Origin: Lingula anatina
Taxonomy: Eukaryota > Animalia > Brachiopoda
Length of the DNA stretch: 64,000 nucleotides
NCBI GenBank assembly: GCA_051362555.1
Contig: CM120642.1
Coordinates: 22,196,001-22,260,000, forward strand
Reading direction: 5' to 3'
The notes beneath the pieces were generated by a model. It saw only the letters and a list, made by a program, of their open reading frames with translations, was not told the DNA's origin and ran no database searches. A program made the translations under genes and the position numbers. This document shows, in pieces, positions 11,936 through 25,678 of the stretch. How positions within the stretch are numbered: position 1 is the first letter of the stretch; every line of letters starts with the position of its first letter.

Positions 11936-12647
11936 CTGCGGTATAGTCTTCATTTGGAAACCTGCCAGTTTGACGTTCGGGGGGAGGGGAGGGGATTAAT
12001 TACTTGCAGTTAAGCAACTCAACTAACGGTCATTTGGTTGATTCGCCAGATCAACGGACTAGCTGGCTATTATTTCACAGCATAAATTGAAAGATATAAA
12101 TTGCAGAGTAACCTTCTGTCACAAGGATACTACATATAATTATTTATTCCCTTCATGCCCCCCGGGGGTCACTTGTAATTGATACTCCGTATCTTGATTA
12201 ATGTGGAAGAATCAAAAGATGAAAAGAGTGCGCGGACGTGCTTTTGACAGGTCAGGTCACGAAGTAACGGATACGGCATCTCAGGCCACAAAATATGGTT
12301 TCACAGGGCAGTGAAGAAACTGGAGAAATTTCCCTCTCCGACAATATTCCAAGCATATATGGTCACCCTGCTTCCTTCATGTCTTTACAACAATTCAGTA
12401 TCATTATGCTGAATTCTATTACTGTTCTATTACTGATGTTGTATTCAACCATCTAATAAAATTTGATATTTGAAAAAAATTTTATTGCAGGATTTTACAA
12501 TATCACCACTTTGCACCATTGCTATTATATGGCGCAGAGTACATGTTCCAAACAGGTATAGCTGCAAACAGTAAAATTGTTTGATATTAACAAAAATATA
12601 AACAATTATGTTGATCATAATAACTAAACCACTCTGCGGGCTAACTG

Positions 12648-12930
12648 CCCGCATGAAAATGCAGTAGTATTGAAGTAGCAAAGAAGCATTAACGCAGTAG
12701 TGGTGTGGAGCATATTTGCAGTAGAAATTCAGTATAGCCTACTGCAATTCTACTCCAAAAAGTACATAGGTTTGTACAGAGAGGAGCATTAATGCAGTAG
12801 ATTAGCAGTATGATAGAAGCATGTTTCAAATATGTTAATTAGCTCCCAAATCGAAGCAGATTTGAGGCATGTTTGCAGTATAATTGCAGTAGTCTACTGC
12901 GCTGGAGTATCTACAGCGTTTTCGTGCGGG
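12648..12930. mobile_element. CMC/EnSpm-like MITE
   Basis: CCC...GGG termini, about 20-bp imperfect TIR (cccgcatgaaaatgcagtag / ctacagcgttttcgtgcggg), TG 2-bp TSD, internal gcagtag subrepeats. Confidence 0.65.
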
Positions 12931-13852
12931 TGTCTACGGGTGGTAGCCAAGATGTGTTCAGTTTATAACACTCTCCTCTAGTTCGGGACATTTACAGATT
13001 GTCTTTACCTCTCTCTCTCTCTCTCGTCATAAATCAAAGTCTCTGACATTTAACATTAATATTTTAATTCAGGATATTTACAGAAATGTGTAAACATGAT
13101 ATTAATTCGAGAAAGGATATTTTTTAGTGTTTGTAAATGTTACAAAGGAAATTACCAAAAATATATAGCTTTCCATTTGAGAAGACATGTTCCTCTACTC
13201 CCCTTCTCCAGATTTCCTGGCCCGAGGAGCAATATGTTTGTCCTAAGCTCTGAAGCTCTGAACGCGCTTGATAGAAACCAGATGTGGAGATAGTGAGATT
13301 TTATTGCTCGAGCCAGACTACCGACTTTCCAATCTTACAGGTTGAAATAAGTGTGGGGGGGGGGGGTTATATATCTTCTTAACCGACTAAGCTAGATAGG
13401 CACGAAACACGATAAAGTATATCAGTAGAAAGACTCAACTTGACTTATTTCATAACATAATAGTTGCTATGCCCTTATGTTCCTCTTCCCACCCTGAACT
13501 CTTGTAATAAATAATCATTTTTCTTTTCATATGAAAAATGAGAGCGTAAATTAACTTATCACAACCGCTCACGTTTTGCATAACGTTTTTCTTAATGTTT
13601 CATATTACTTTTAATAACTGCTGACTGCTTTCCCAGTTAGAGGGTACAATGGCATAAACCAGTGAAAGTAATGGAACGTGTCATATATTTATTTCCGATA
13701 TTAATCTAAATATATGTGGCTCACATTTTCACTTTTTGTTGAAAGTTTTCTCACATCGAACTCAATTAATTGGGTTGGAGTGTCTACATCTGTAGCGGTG
13801 TTTTAAAGGGTCATAAATGGACCAATTTTGAGATAGCGTTATGCGAGACTTA

Positions 13853-14025
13853 GGCTTCGTTCACATGCAATGCCAGTTACTATAAGTTACTATAAGTTAC
13901 TATAAGTAACTGGCTCGCGCTGCCAGTAATTACGCGGCGGGATATTTAGGGCACAGACCGTGATCATAAGATAGCGCGAATAGAAAATAGAATTTAGAAA
14001 ATAGACATTGCATGTGAACGAAGCC
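13853..14025. mobile_element. PIF/Harbinger-type MITE
   Basis: 20-bp TIR ggcttcgttcacatgcaatg, TTA TSD, internal (agttactata)n. Confidence 0.85.
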
Positions 14026-16368
14026 TTAGGTAACTTTTATATAAACGGAAAATAATATACTGTAGATTGATTCACAACTCTGCCTCCGGTCGAATACAAG
14101 CCCTTTACGGACCAAACAAAATTAAATGCCCGTGTCTGGTGCGGGTGCTCTATTTTCGTGGTTCTCTTACATAATTGCGCGGTGCTTCGTTAATCTGGCA
14201 ACAAATGTTCGCTACAGATGAGATGCAAATAAAACGGTATAATGATCGACGCGAAAATGCCTTTAATCTGTTTTGATGCTTTCCATGTACGCATATGTAC
14301 TATAATGTATAGGATTCGAAATTATCAACATCGGATTACTTAAAATAACCATCCAAAGATCATGTACATTACGGCGCGTACACACAATTCCTTTGATTTG
14401 TGGTTTTTAATGAATTTAAATAAAGATGCTGCGATAAAGACCATTCAACTTAATAAGATATATATATAGGGCGAAAAAGAAATTGAGACGTCCCTGGAGT
14501 CGAGACAAAATCTATGATAAAGAATCCCGATTCTGTAATAACAGCTAAGTTTGTCTCTTTTAAATTAATTTGAATTGTGCTCTTTAACAAGAGAGGCAGT
14601 CAATGTGAGGGTCGGTGGGACATTTAATGGTGGGGATCGAGTATTTAAAATCACAGATTTCGGGCATGAAAGAAAATTTTGTGGTTTCCGAGGTCAGTTT
14701 GTAAGATCAAAATTCAGGCCAGGGCGCTGTTCTGAATCTTTCCCTTGAAGTGGTAAATTGAAACGGGGATTTTAGCCTTTAATTTTGCCCAAGGGAGAAC
14801 GGCGTTGTGTAACAGTAAACTGCACTGGTATGCATAGGCCTACTTACACTACGTAGTTATACTGGATCTCTACAATGTCTTTGGTCAGATCACTGGGTTT
14901 TCATGATATTCCCTTCACTGTACGCTCCTAAAGCAATACAATTGGGATGCTAAGTTGTCATCATGTAGCAAAACAACACTTGAACATTATCTGAATGATA
15001 TGGGATATACAGCTTGTGAAAGCCTAGGTATAAATACCAACAAGGTATGCAGCACGTACATCTCTAAACCAGCCCCGTCAATCAAACACACATTATGGTC
15101 AGTTGCGTCTTAGTTTAAATGCAGTCAAACAGGCAAATAGGCTTTAATTACGAAAATATTGCGCGTTTATTAATAAACTTTGTTTATTTTAGATCTGCTG
15201 ATTCGAAAAAAAAATATATAATCCATTTCTACTACTTGCACAAAACGCGTGACCATACCAGTCCAGTGGACATTTAGGAAATTCACGGGAATAAACGCGT
15301 CCATATGAAAATAAGAGCTTATACTAACTTGAAACGGAATAAAAAGCGCACAATCATGGCAGTGAGTGAGCACCCCCCCCCCCCACCAACACCACCACAT
15401 GCACACAATCACCCACGAATGTAACTGTCTTGAAAACATGAGGCAGAGAACGCCATAAATATTGTAGTATTATTCTTAAGCATCCTAAAGGTAGTCACGC
15501 AGCAAAACTTTTGTTCTTTAAAAAATCTGAGAATTTATTATAGCAAATATAATACAATTTTAAATAATTGAAATGCATTTCTTTCTAACATTCAGTTTAC
15601 GTACGTTTTTTGGTAGCCTCTCAAAGTTTTAAACCTCAAATATTGGAGACCATAATAGAGTCAGCCAAGGACACGTTTAGGGAACACGTTTGAACTCGTA
15701 ATGATGGACATTTACAGGTGTAGGTCCAGTATAGAGCTTCTTGTAAACAGTTTAGAACCAAGGGACCGAACTTGATTTGAGGACCAGAAGAGAGGCTTTA
15801 CAAATGTAAGACGTTGGTGTCTTATGTTGAGCTTGTTAACTCTATATTCCAGAACTGGGCTATTTCATCTCGTACTTGAAATGGTATTCTTGAGCTCTCG
15901 TCTTCATCTCTAGCAAGGCAAAACATGGACTTTCCCTGATCAGCACCAAAATTGAAGAGTCCTCACTTTTTCGCTGGTCATTTTTACCAGTGCTTGGGTT
16001 TCCAATCTCCGGTAGATGTAGGTGGTAATTTGCTATAGAAGTCATCTTCACCAACGTTTTCCTGGTTTTTATAACCAGCTTATCAACTGACATTTGACTT
16101 GATTTGTAAAGTTTGCAAACATAATTATTTAAATATTCAGATAATATAATTTTCAGACATCTAAATGCAATTTTACTACATCCTGACAAACAACTTGATG
16201 TAAAATAGGATTTTTCTCAAATTCAGTGTGGCTATGAAATCATGGTACTTCTCTGACATCATCCAGCAACCCTTTTGCTTGATGTCCATGAGATGCCGAA
16301 ACTTATGGTCCAACATGACTTCTTTTTATTCCACCCATTCCCTCCCTCTCTATCTACAGTTGTATACA

Positions 16369-16655
16369 ACCAGACACGGGACCGAATGATCCTGAATTCA
16401 CCGGTAGATTGGACCAAACTACCCGTTTTCAAGGTGTGTATCAGTACGTGCTTTGAAGTATAAGAAGCGACACCGTTCTTGCTTAGTGAGCGATGTGAGA
16501 GTGATGATTCTCAGCGGGTTGGATAGTAGTACATCTCATCTCAAAATTTGTTCCGAGGTATGATATTGCGAAATGCATACTGACGCATACCTTGAAAATG
16601 GGTACTGTGGTCCGATCCACCGGTGAATTCGGGATCATTCAGTTCCGAGTCTGGT
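16369..16655. mobile_element. MITE with about 80-bp imperfect TIRs
   Basis: accagacacgggaccgaatgatcctgaattcaccgg mirrored by ccggtgaattcgggatcattcagttccgagtctggt. Confidence 0.75.
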
Positions 16656-17253
16656 ACTTGGGTTGGTCTGATGGTGATGTTGAGGCTGACGATATATTAT
16701 TAGCTCAGTTTCAACGGAGTGATCCCACTCCAGCTCAGATGAAGCGTCTGCTTTCATGACTGCTGCCAGAAGGCTCCGCTGCTGGGTTATCTAATTCCTG
16801 TTCTCTTTGATCTTTGGTGACAAATGGGATTGGCAGATGGTGCGACGGGGTGATGGCCTTCTAGGTCGACGACTGTTGGCATCCCAAGATAAATTAGGGT
16901 CCAATAAAACATAATTTATTTTGGTTTACCGTTAAGACTTTTCCAGGTTGCTGGTGACAAATGGTGCATACCTTGCCTATGTCATATCCTGTCATATTCT
17001 GTAGTCAACTATCCAGTGGATGTGTTGCGGGAGAAGCCGTTAGGTATTTGGTAAGAGGTAATCTGGCACCACTGTTTTACCATTGGCTTCTAGTGAGTGG
17101 CTGGTCGTCCATCAATGATTAACACCTACTTTTGGCAGGAAATGTATGATAGCTTTCTAACAAAATTATTTTTCTTTGTCAGTAATGATGGTTTCGGGAA
17201 AACCAAATCGTGGAAAGCAGTGTTTGGTGAGTGCTGACTCTACTGCCTATGAG

Positions 17254-18981
17254 TGTAATAACCATGCAGCCTGTTGGTTATTCATGTTCTTAGATTTGGA
17301 TTTCACCAATAGGGCAACTGAGACAGGCAGATATAGTTTTCTGCTACAGAGTAAAACTCAGGTCTCTAAAACTACACTAGTCAACATTTGCTAGGGATCA
17401 TGTCTTTTGCTAATGAAATTTTGACAATTATGACTGGTTTGCTTAACAATATTAAACAAGACCAAATTTCAGCAATTTCAGTGTAAAGTGAGAAAAAAAG
17501 ACCAATTTGCAAAAGAACATAATGGCCACCAAGAAAACTTCAGAAGAGCACTGCCAACACACATTCACATTAAAAAACACTATGCCAAACATCAGTAAAA
17601 TATCTCATGTCAGCAAGAAATTGGATGCAAAATTTCCCTAGTAGTGTGTATGACCACCATTTACCTGAAAAACCATGATACACCTTCTGTGCATGCTCTG
17701 AATAAAACAGAATAACTGCTGTTGGGTGATCTGGTCCCACTCTTCCACAAAGCATCCTCCAGTTGCCGAATCGTATGGGAGCATTCTGCGGTTCTGGAGC
17801 AAATCCCAAACATACTCAATCAAACTGAGGTGTGGTGACCTTGCAGGCCAGTCCATACAAGTATTTCCTTCCTGCTCCAATGTTGGCTCGATAGGGAAGA
17901 GCATTTTTGTCCATTAGGATGAAGTTGTCGCCAACAGCACCTGCATAGGGATGGACTATAGGCGCAATGAACTCTTCTCGATACCTGAGACCAGTGAGAG
18001 TGCCATTCTGGATCACATGAGAACTGATGGTCCTCCAAACCAATCATGTTGGAAGATGTTTGGCTGAGTGTTGTGCTCTCTGGGTCGTCTCCACACCCTC
18101 CTGCGTCGATCCAGAAAGTGTAAGCAAAACTTTGACTCATTTGTGAACAGCACAGATGACCACTACTGGATCATTCACCACCTGTGATGTCTTGCAGACA
18201 CACTTGTCTGTGTTGCCGTGTCAAAGCAGTGCAAACAGATAGACTTCTGGCCCTCAACTGTGCTTCATGCAGACATCTCCGGACCATTTGAGTTGACACA
18301 TATACCCCTGTTGCATTCTAGAACTCATTCTGGAGCAAATTGGCTGGAGACAAGCAATCCAGGCATGCTTGGAAGGTCAAGTAGCCGTCTTGCTGAGGTG
18401 TTGTCTGTCTCTGGCGACCACCACGTTGGTCCACCTGCCCATGCCTCCAGTACCTTATATCACACTTTGGGATGTACGGAGGAGAGTGGCTACACGGCAC
18501 TGCATCTGGCCACCCTGGAGTAACCCAGTAGCCCAATTCAGTTCTGCTGGTGGTAAATGACTTCTTAGTCTTGTTGGATGCATTTTGAAATTTTGAATTT
18601 CTGAGGAACCAGCTTTGAAGTTTTTACTCGTGTGCATTAAACCAAAACAACAACAAAATCAATGACTAATACATATGGTTGTCCAACTTCATTTTGGAGA
18701 CCCAAAAAATATACAAAGGTAAAAAAAGTCCATAAAATATGATCCCTAGCAAATGTCGACTAGTGTATAAGTCTGTCTGTCCAGCCTACTCTCTGTATAT
18801 CTATCCGTGGCTCTGTTGCCTCTTTAATGCTTGATCTTAATTAGCATGTCAAATTAACTTCCATGCCATGCCTATATACATCCGAATAAATTAAAACTTA
18901 ATTGTAGATACATTTTAAATTAAATTTGAAAATCTCATATATGCAAATCTAAACTATTAGCACTATTAATGGTTCACTACA
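17254..18981. mobile_element. Solo LTR (about 340 bp net), itself interrupted by a Tc1
   Basis: TG...CA ends (tgtaataacca / tggttcactaca), gag on both flanks, exactly interrupts the integrase frame. Confidence 0.6.
17375..18765 (-). mobile_element. Tc1-family transposon, decayed
   Basis: 27-bp TIR cactagtc(a/g)acatttgctagggatcat (26/27 match), TA TSD; motifs FILMDKNALPYRA and WPARSPHLSLIEYVWD. Confidence 0.93.
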
Positions 18982-20348
18982 GAGGTCTTGTTGGGAATGG
19001 GGTAACTTTCCACCCATCTGGACAGGTAATCATTTAAATTGAGGCAATATATTTCTTTTGAAGATTCCACAAATGGGCCAATGAGATCCACTCCAATCAT
19101 TTGATTACGTAATGACTACTGACATGGGCATTTCACCATATCCTGCACGTTGCTGTCACGGGATATACACCTTGCACATTGCTCATCGATCTAATTGATT
19201 TTGGATTTCACCACACATTTGGGACCATACACACAATGGACAATAAAAGTGTCACCCCTACTGAACCAATCCTTTGGGGTAGATAAATGACTGTGGAATG
19301 ATATGCTTCTGGTATCATTTTATTAACATTAAATTAAAAAAAAAAAAAGACAATTTCATGGTGCAGCGGTTTTATAATCATTAGCCACATTATAAGTAAA
19401 CCAGGCATTATAACTACTCAAAGTCTGCCTACTTTGATTACTCTGATTCATACACTTAAAACTTCATTCTATGAATCTACATTCAGAGATTGCTAAAACT
19501 CCCTTTTGAATTAATTTTTCTGTTCTGTGAATAGTTCTCTGGGGTCAATGTCATCTTTGTTGATCGCTGTGATCGTGGTCCCTCTGCTGATTATTTAAGA
19601 CTTGCACATTTTCAATCAGGGACTGGGATTGCTCCTGGCTTTTTTTTACTTAAAGTGAATGGTCTTGGAGATTTTTCCTCTTCTAAGTCTTGGTGAGCTC
19701 ATCAATTGTAGAGTTGTCACTTTACAATGCACAATGTTACACAAGATTACCAAGTCTGGCCACATCTTGTTAAGGCTTTACCCTGTATATACAAACCTGC
19801 GCGAAGTTAGCACTGAACAAAAATTACAAACAGGCTCTCAACATGGACACCATTGTTAACTTTTAGGTTGGATAACATGTTAAACTTCTTTCCATATTCG
19901 TGGTCAAAATATTTAGTGTAAATCGCTATGAGGAAATCCAAGGCTGACAACAATAACCAGTTTCAATCATTTAATGTTCACTCATTGCTTGCTCAGGTAC
20001 ATTCTGACAATCTGTGGGAACTCTTTAATCTCAAACCAAGGCAAAGGATTCCTGAACTTAACTTCTTAATCAAATTAAGAAACAAGCTTACTTTACCTCC
20101 TTAAACTTTATACAACATATTCTAAGGAATTACTGACTAAAAACAAAGACATTATGTGAAGCTACCTGGTTTAGCCACAATTCAATAAACGTGACATTCA
20201 TTAGTTGTTTAGAGCAACCCTTTCAGGTACACAATGATATATAAATCAAAGTTATATCTTACTTAGAATTACTACATGTGCTATTGATAATGTCTTTTCC
20301 CTTCCCCCATTTTGGGCAATTGAACTGAGACACTGCCTGCTGTACTTA

Positions 20349-23300
20349 TATGATAAGGTTATTTAGGTGTAAAGCTGAGGGACTGTGGAAGTATTCTATT
20401 CACACATACTTGAATGAAGTCAAAAATTGAAGATGTGCTGGCATGCATTAGGTGTGTGTGAAAGTTATCTTCCAGAGTTTCTCAGTGGAAAGTCAAAGAA
20501 ATAAACATGAAACAATGTTATTTTGACTAGTAATCTGTAATAAAAATCTAAGTGAAATTCAATAAAGCAACTATTCTGATTTTGGAACTGGACGGTATTT
20601 TGAGTTGTCTCTTATAACTACTCCGACATCGCGCATTGATAAATTGGTGGAGAAACCTGACTTTTAATTATAAATATTAAAAGGAAAAGATCCTGGTAAA
20701 AATATGAAGAAGTTTGCACAGAGAACATTGAGAAGTTTTACAGCAGCAAACAAAAAGATCAGTGGGGATGTTGATGAAGTAGAAGAAACTGTTAAAAGAA
20801 GTCCTCAATTGACATGGACAAAATCAACAGAAAATTTGCCGTTGCCAAATTATAACAGTACACTGCAGCCAATAAAACATTCTATAACGCAAGACAGCAG
20901 TCATGAGCCCACAGTTCCCTTGACTCGAGTGATCATCAGGCTACCGCCACAGAACCAATAGGACAACAAAATATGAATACAAACATTGTGCAGTCACTAA
21001 GACCTTCCCATAGTAAAGAGACCATCACATTGACCAGAGACCTTCAAACTCCAGTGTGGAGGAGCTCAAGAATCAAAAAGGACACAACATCGCCACATTA
21101 GAGATTTTCTTACAAGAACTCCACTACCTATAACTATACCTACAGCCAGAAATCAAGACTTTACTACAGTGACTTTTACAAGCCAACAAGCAAGTGGGCA
21201 AGTAGACACTTATGTTTTTATTACTGTGCCAAAACATTAACAGTTAAGGTCTCCTGTGCATGCCAACAGATTAAAACCCTACGTAGATCCTGTTATTAGA
21301 GAATCTTTAAAAGAAAAGAGTGTGGGAAATGACAAAAATGGACAAAACGTCTCTGAGGAATTAATTCAGGACAATGAGGATAGTTCAGTTGAAAACAGAA
21401 GTCAAAAAGATGTTGATAAACAACCCCAAGAAAGTAAAGAACGCAATGATGAAGCAGAAAAAAATCATCAAATGTGTTAATTACAGGGGTACAAAGTGGT
21501 ATAGAATTAAATGGAAATACCTTAAAAAATCTGATTGGGTTACTGCAGATAGGGTACCTTCCATTTTAATAAGAGAGTTTCATGCAAATAAAACAATGAA
21601 AGGGAGAAAGAAAAAGAAGTCAGTAGTAGCTACTTAATTAAAACATCTATTATTATTGTTAGGAGGATATCTATTTTTTCTGGATTGAAATAGTACTAAC
21701 CTTATTTTTAGCTGGTCTAGATAAGGAGTAGATCTGGATTAAATATTTGTTTTCTTGATATTATAAAGATGTGGAGATACAATTGAAACTCAAGTGGATT
21801 AAGTGGATCGTGGGATTCACTATGTCACATTAATTTAGAGAATTTTTAGCCAATGATTCACAAATAAGTTTAAGGCTTGGTACATTGGCAGAGGCAAGGG
21901 AAAAGAAACACATTATTTTTAAGTCTTTGAGTGAATTTTTATTAAAAGGAGATATTGAATTACCAGAGGTAATAACTTTAATGAAACTTTAACCTACATA
22001 GCTTTAATTATGGAAAGAATGACAATTTTGTTTTCATAAGCAGTAGGTTACGAAGTGAAAGTTTTATCAACAACTGTACTGGCAATTCAAAAGGTCAAAG
22101 CAAATCCATGTTTTGTTTTTACTAATGCCAACATCAACTTGGTTTGAATGGAATAGTCGAACATGAAAACTTATTAAATATAGCATCATGCATTGTTATT
22201 ATTTTACTTATTGCCATCTTGATTGGGGTATGTAAAAGGAAGAAAAGTTCAAAGAATTGTCTTGCTATTGAATTGACTATAGAAGAGCTGTTTATTATTT
22301 TGCCCATCAAAACGTTTTGGCCAAACAATTACAATGTCACATATGAAACCATATTGACAAGTGTTTATCTCACCATGGGAGTTTTTCCAACAATTAATTT
22401 TTGAATGGGGAGATATAAAAATTATCAATCAAGTCAGCAAAAAAAGCTCTTATCTTGCCATTTAGTTTCAAATAAACTGCTGGAAATACTTTAAAATAAT
22501 GAAAATACTCCAAGAAAATTTTGATGCCAGAATCATTTTTCTGCATGATCAATTTCTGGTTTATCATTGAATAAATATTTTTTTTTAAGAGAGGAGAGAA
22601 ATTAGCATTGTGCCAATATTAGATTGTTTTAATGTAAATAAACAAAAGGAGGATGGTTTACTTAAATACTTGCTTCATCTGCACTTGTTTTGTTATGCCT
22701 AGCTTTTGTTTGTAATAAATATATATTACATTTAGTCAAATTTAATTGTGCCATATTGTTTTGTTTAATGTCATGTTAAGGAATTAAGTAGATTTAGTAT
22801 TTTTTTAACTTTCTATATAATTGTTTTATTTCACTATTAAACAATGTTTATAACAAGTAATGAATTATAAATTTATTATTCAGTTTAAATAGAACTTAAT
22901 GAGCTTATCAATGTTATAACTAACATTTTTCTTTATTTACCCACATATTTTTGCATGTATTTTCAATTGTATATATATATAATTTTCATTTTTTTTTTTT
23001 TGGTTTGTTTGAAACAGGAATCATAAAAATGTTATTGAAATGGGAAGTGAGTATTATTAGTTGAAGAGTAAATATCCTTGATCAATAACGGATAATATAT
23101 ATTAAATGGTACAATTTAACAGAATGAACTGAAGATACTTAAGTGTTACTAATAAATTGAGTAGTTTAAATGATAGTTTTATTATATGATACTGATATGG
23201 ATATATAAGTAAGCAAATGATTAACATTTTTTTATTAAGTGAAAATGTTATGTTGCTTCATACTACATAAACATTAAATGATTATTTGTGCTGAAATATT

Positions 23301-24095
23301 GACTGAATGACAACTTATTAATATAAACAATATATATATGTATGCTTAAACATATTTTAATGGATTATAAATTTTATCTTAAAATAAGATAATGATTACA
23401 AGATGGAAGTAATCATAATTGATTAAATAGTGTTAATTTTTTTAGAGATATGTATTAAAGGACTGAAGGAGTATTAATTAGAAGTACATAGCCAATTAAT
23501 ACAACTAAGATATATTATGTTAAATTTTAGTTTATTTGCTGGAGGGAATGAGTATTATGTAATGTTACTTTATAATTTTTTTTATTAATTCAAATTTTTT
23601 TGTGTGTGCATATTAACAGTAATGAGAAGTTTCATATAAACAGAATATGATATGATTAAATAATGTTTAGGTATCTTTAATTAAGCATGATTTTAAATAA
23701 AATGATTTAACTGTTATGATATAGAATTTTATTGGAAATAGATTATTTAATTTTAATTGTGAAAGTTTTGAGGCGCAAAACTTATTTGAGCAGGAGATTA
23801 ATTATGATAAGGTTATTTAGGTGTAAAGCTGAGGGACTGTGGAAGTATTCTATTCACACATACTTGAATGAAGTCAAAAATTGAAGATGTGCTGGCATGC
23901 ATTAGGTGTGTGTGAAAGTTATCTTCCAGAGTTTCTCAGTGGAAAGTCAAAGAAATAAACATGAAACAATGTTATTTTGACTAGTAATCTGTAATAAAAA
24001 TCTAAGTGAAATTCAATAAAGCAACTATTCTGATTTTGGAACTGGACGGTATTTTGAGTTGTCTCTTATAACTACTCCGACATCGCGCATTGATA
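20349..24095 (+). mobile_element. Non-autonomous Gypsy-type LTR element with identical 293-bp LTRs
   Basis: LTRs 20349-20641 and 23803-24095 identical by eye; CTTA TSD; PBS tggtggagaa at 20645. Internal remnants: integrase end VHANRLKPY, chromo-like KWYRIKWK...SDWV, hydrophobic env-like remnant near 22144. Confidence 0.93.
20645..20654 (+). promoter_or_regulatory. Primer-binding site, tRNA-Ala-like
   Basis: TGGTGGAGAA 3 nt after the 5' LTR, complementary to the UCUCCACCA 3' end typical of eukaryotic tRNA-Ala. Confidence 0.65.
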
Positions 24096-24301
24096 CTTAT
24101 AATAATCATAGCTCACACCTACTGTGAAATAAATTCCCCAAACCCTATTAAATCATTGAAATATACCCAACAAGTCCTAAAGACATATATATTCTATGTG
24201 AAAATTATCTTAATAAATATTGGTTTATTTTCCAGAAAATGCTTCAAAATTAACCTCAATTGATATCTGACCATCAATTACTAATATAAAATTCAATATT
24301 A

Positions 24302-24335
24302 AATAGCATTTTGCAGCATAACCCTTCAGCTACAC

Positions 24336-24395
<60 letters not shown>

Positions 24396-24428
24396 GTGCA
24401 ATTTTGCAGCATAACCCTTCAGCTACAC

Positions 24429-24508
<80 letters not shown>

Positions 24509-24613
24509 GTGTAGCTGAAGGGTTATGCTGCAAAATGCTATTATGTCTCTTGTTTTTTATTTATTAATTTTAATTATATATATATAATTAATAAATAAAA
24601 AAACAAGAGACAT
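24302..24613. repeat. (TA)n microsatellites with fold-back duplications
   Basis: Arms aatagcattttgcagcataacccttcagctacactatta and its reverse complement (ending 24542) surround two (TA)n runs; a second hairpin lies at 24543-24613. Confidence 0.9.
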
Positions 24614-24620
24614 GTATCAA

Positions 24621-24675
24621 CCCCGACTCTGAGTTTCATGGCCATACCCAGAAGGTATGCCCGATCATCAAGAGG
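24621..24675 (-). ncRNA. Degenerate type I hammerhead ribozyme
   Basis: CCUC-UUGAUGA-stem II(GGGCAUACC/GGUAUGGCC)-GAAA-CUCAGAG-UC-GGGG, with C3 changed to U; lies 3' of the Penelope ORF. Confidence 0.55.
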
Positions 24676-24699
24676 CGTTTATTTGAAAATGGTGTTTCA

Positions 24700-24752
<53 letters not shown>

Positions 24753-24944
24753 CGTCACCTTGTGCCGACACATGGTAATTATTTCAGTTCTTTTATTTAG
24801 AGTATCTGGCGTTATCATTATTAACAGTTTTTCATCTAGGCAAAGGTTGCATAGGTGCTGATTTCTTCTTTGTGGCGCTGATTTTTTTATGTCGTCCCAT
24901 CTAAAGTCATTCTGAGTGTTACTTTCTTTTCATTTCCAAATGTA

Positions 24945-25474
24945 TACTGACAGTCAGTGAAAACGCATCAGAAAACTTTCTTGTACTTCTTTACCGAGAA
25001 ACGATTCCAACCATATAAATGTGTACAAATGTACTTGTTTGGCCATAAGAGAGTGGGCTGACCACTTGGATGTTTAAAATTTCCGCTTCATTGATTTTGT
25101 AACCAGCTGTTACAAAATTATGTGTTTTTCCTGTCTCGTGATTGGTGTGAATTCATCAGGTTTAATATAGGGTGATCAATTAAGCCTATTCAAGGTAGTC
25201 ACCAAATACAGTATGACACATGACAAAAAAGTTAAGTGATGCCACATCTGACACTGGAAGAGCGACTGTGGGCCCTGGGGATGCTGGAGGCTGGGCGGAA
25301 CCAAAGAGATTTGATCACGTGACCTTGCATTTTAATGATCTTTTCTGACCTTTATTTCACCTTGTGTGACTGAATAATGTGTCATATTTCACACAAAAAC
25401 TGTTTTCTTAATGTGCCAAAGGAACTTAAAATATTAATGATAAATAAATGATGCGTTTTCACTGACTGTCAGTA
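24945..25474 (+). mobile_element. Internally deleted Tc1 (MITE-like)
   Basis: Perfect 26-bp TIR tactgacagtcagtgaaaacgcatca, TA TSD; retains the transposase start MPHLTLEERLWALGMLEAG near 25239. Confidence 0.9.
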
Positions 25475-25587
25475 TATTTAGATAGCTCAGTTTCTACAGC
25501 AGGTTTTTTTCGCCCCTAAATGACTAAGTGTGATTATTATAAAAAACTGTTAATAATAATAATGAAAAACTGTTAATAATGATAACA

Positions 25588-25678
<91 letters not shown>

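Larger units (their letters stand above)
16900..19200 (-). mobile_element. Decayed Gypsy integrase split by a solo LTR and a Tc1
   Basis: QMIGVDLIGPF...DYLSRWVESYPIPNKTS (about 19115-18982) continues as AVESALTKHCFPRFGFPETIITD (from 17253 downward) once 17254-18981 is removed. Confidence 0.75.
24621..25520 (-). mobile_element. Penelope-like element 3' fragment (GIY-YIG C-terminus)
   Basis: ETELSKYIW...CNLCLDEKLLIM...LNKRTEIITMCRHK after removing the 24945-25474 insert; embedded in (TA)n. Confidence 0.85.
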
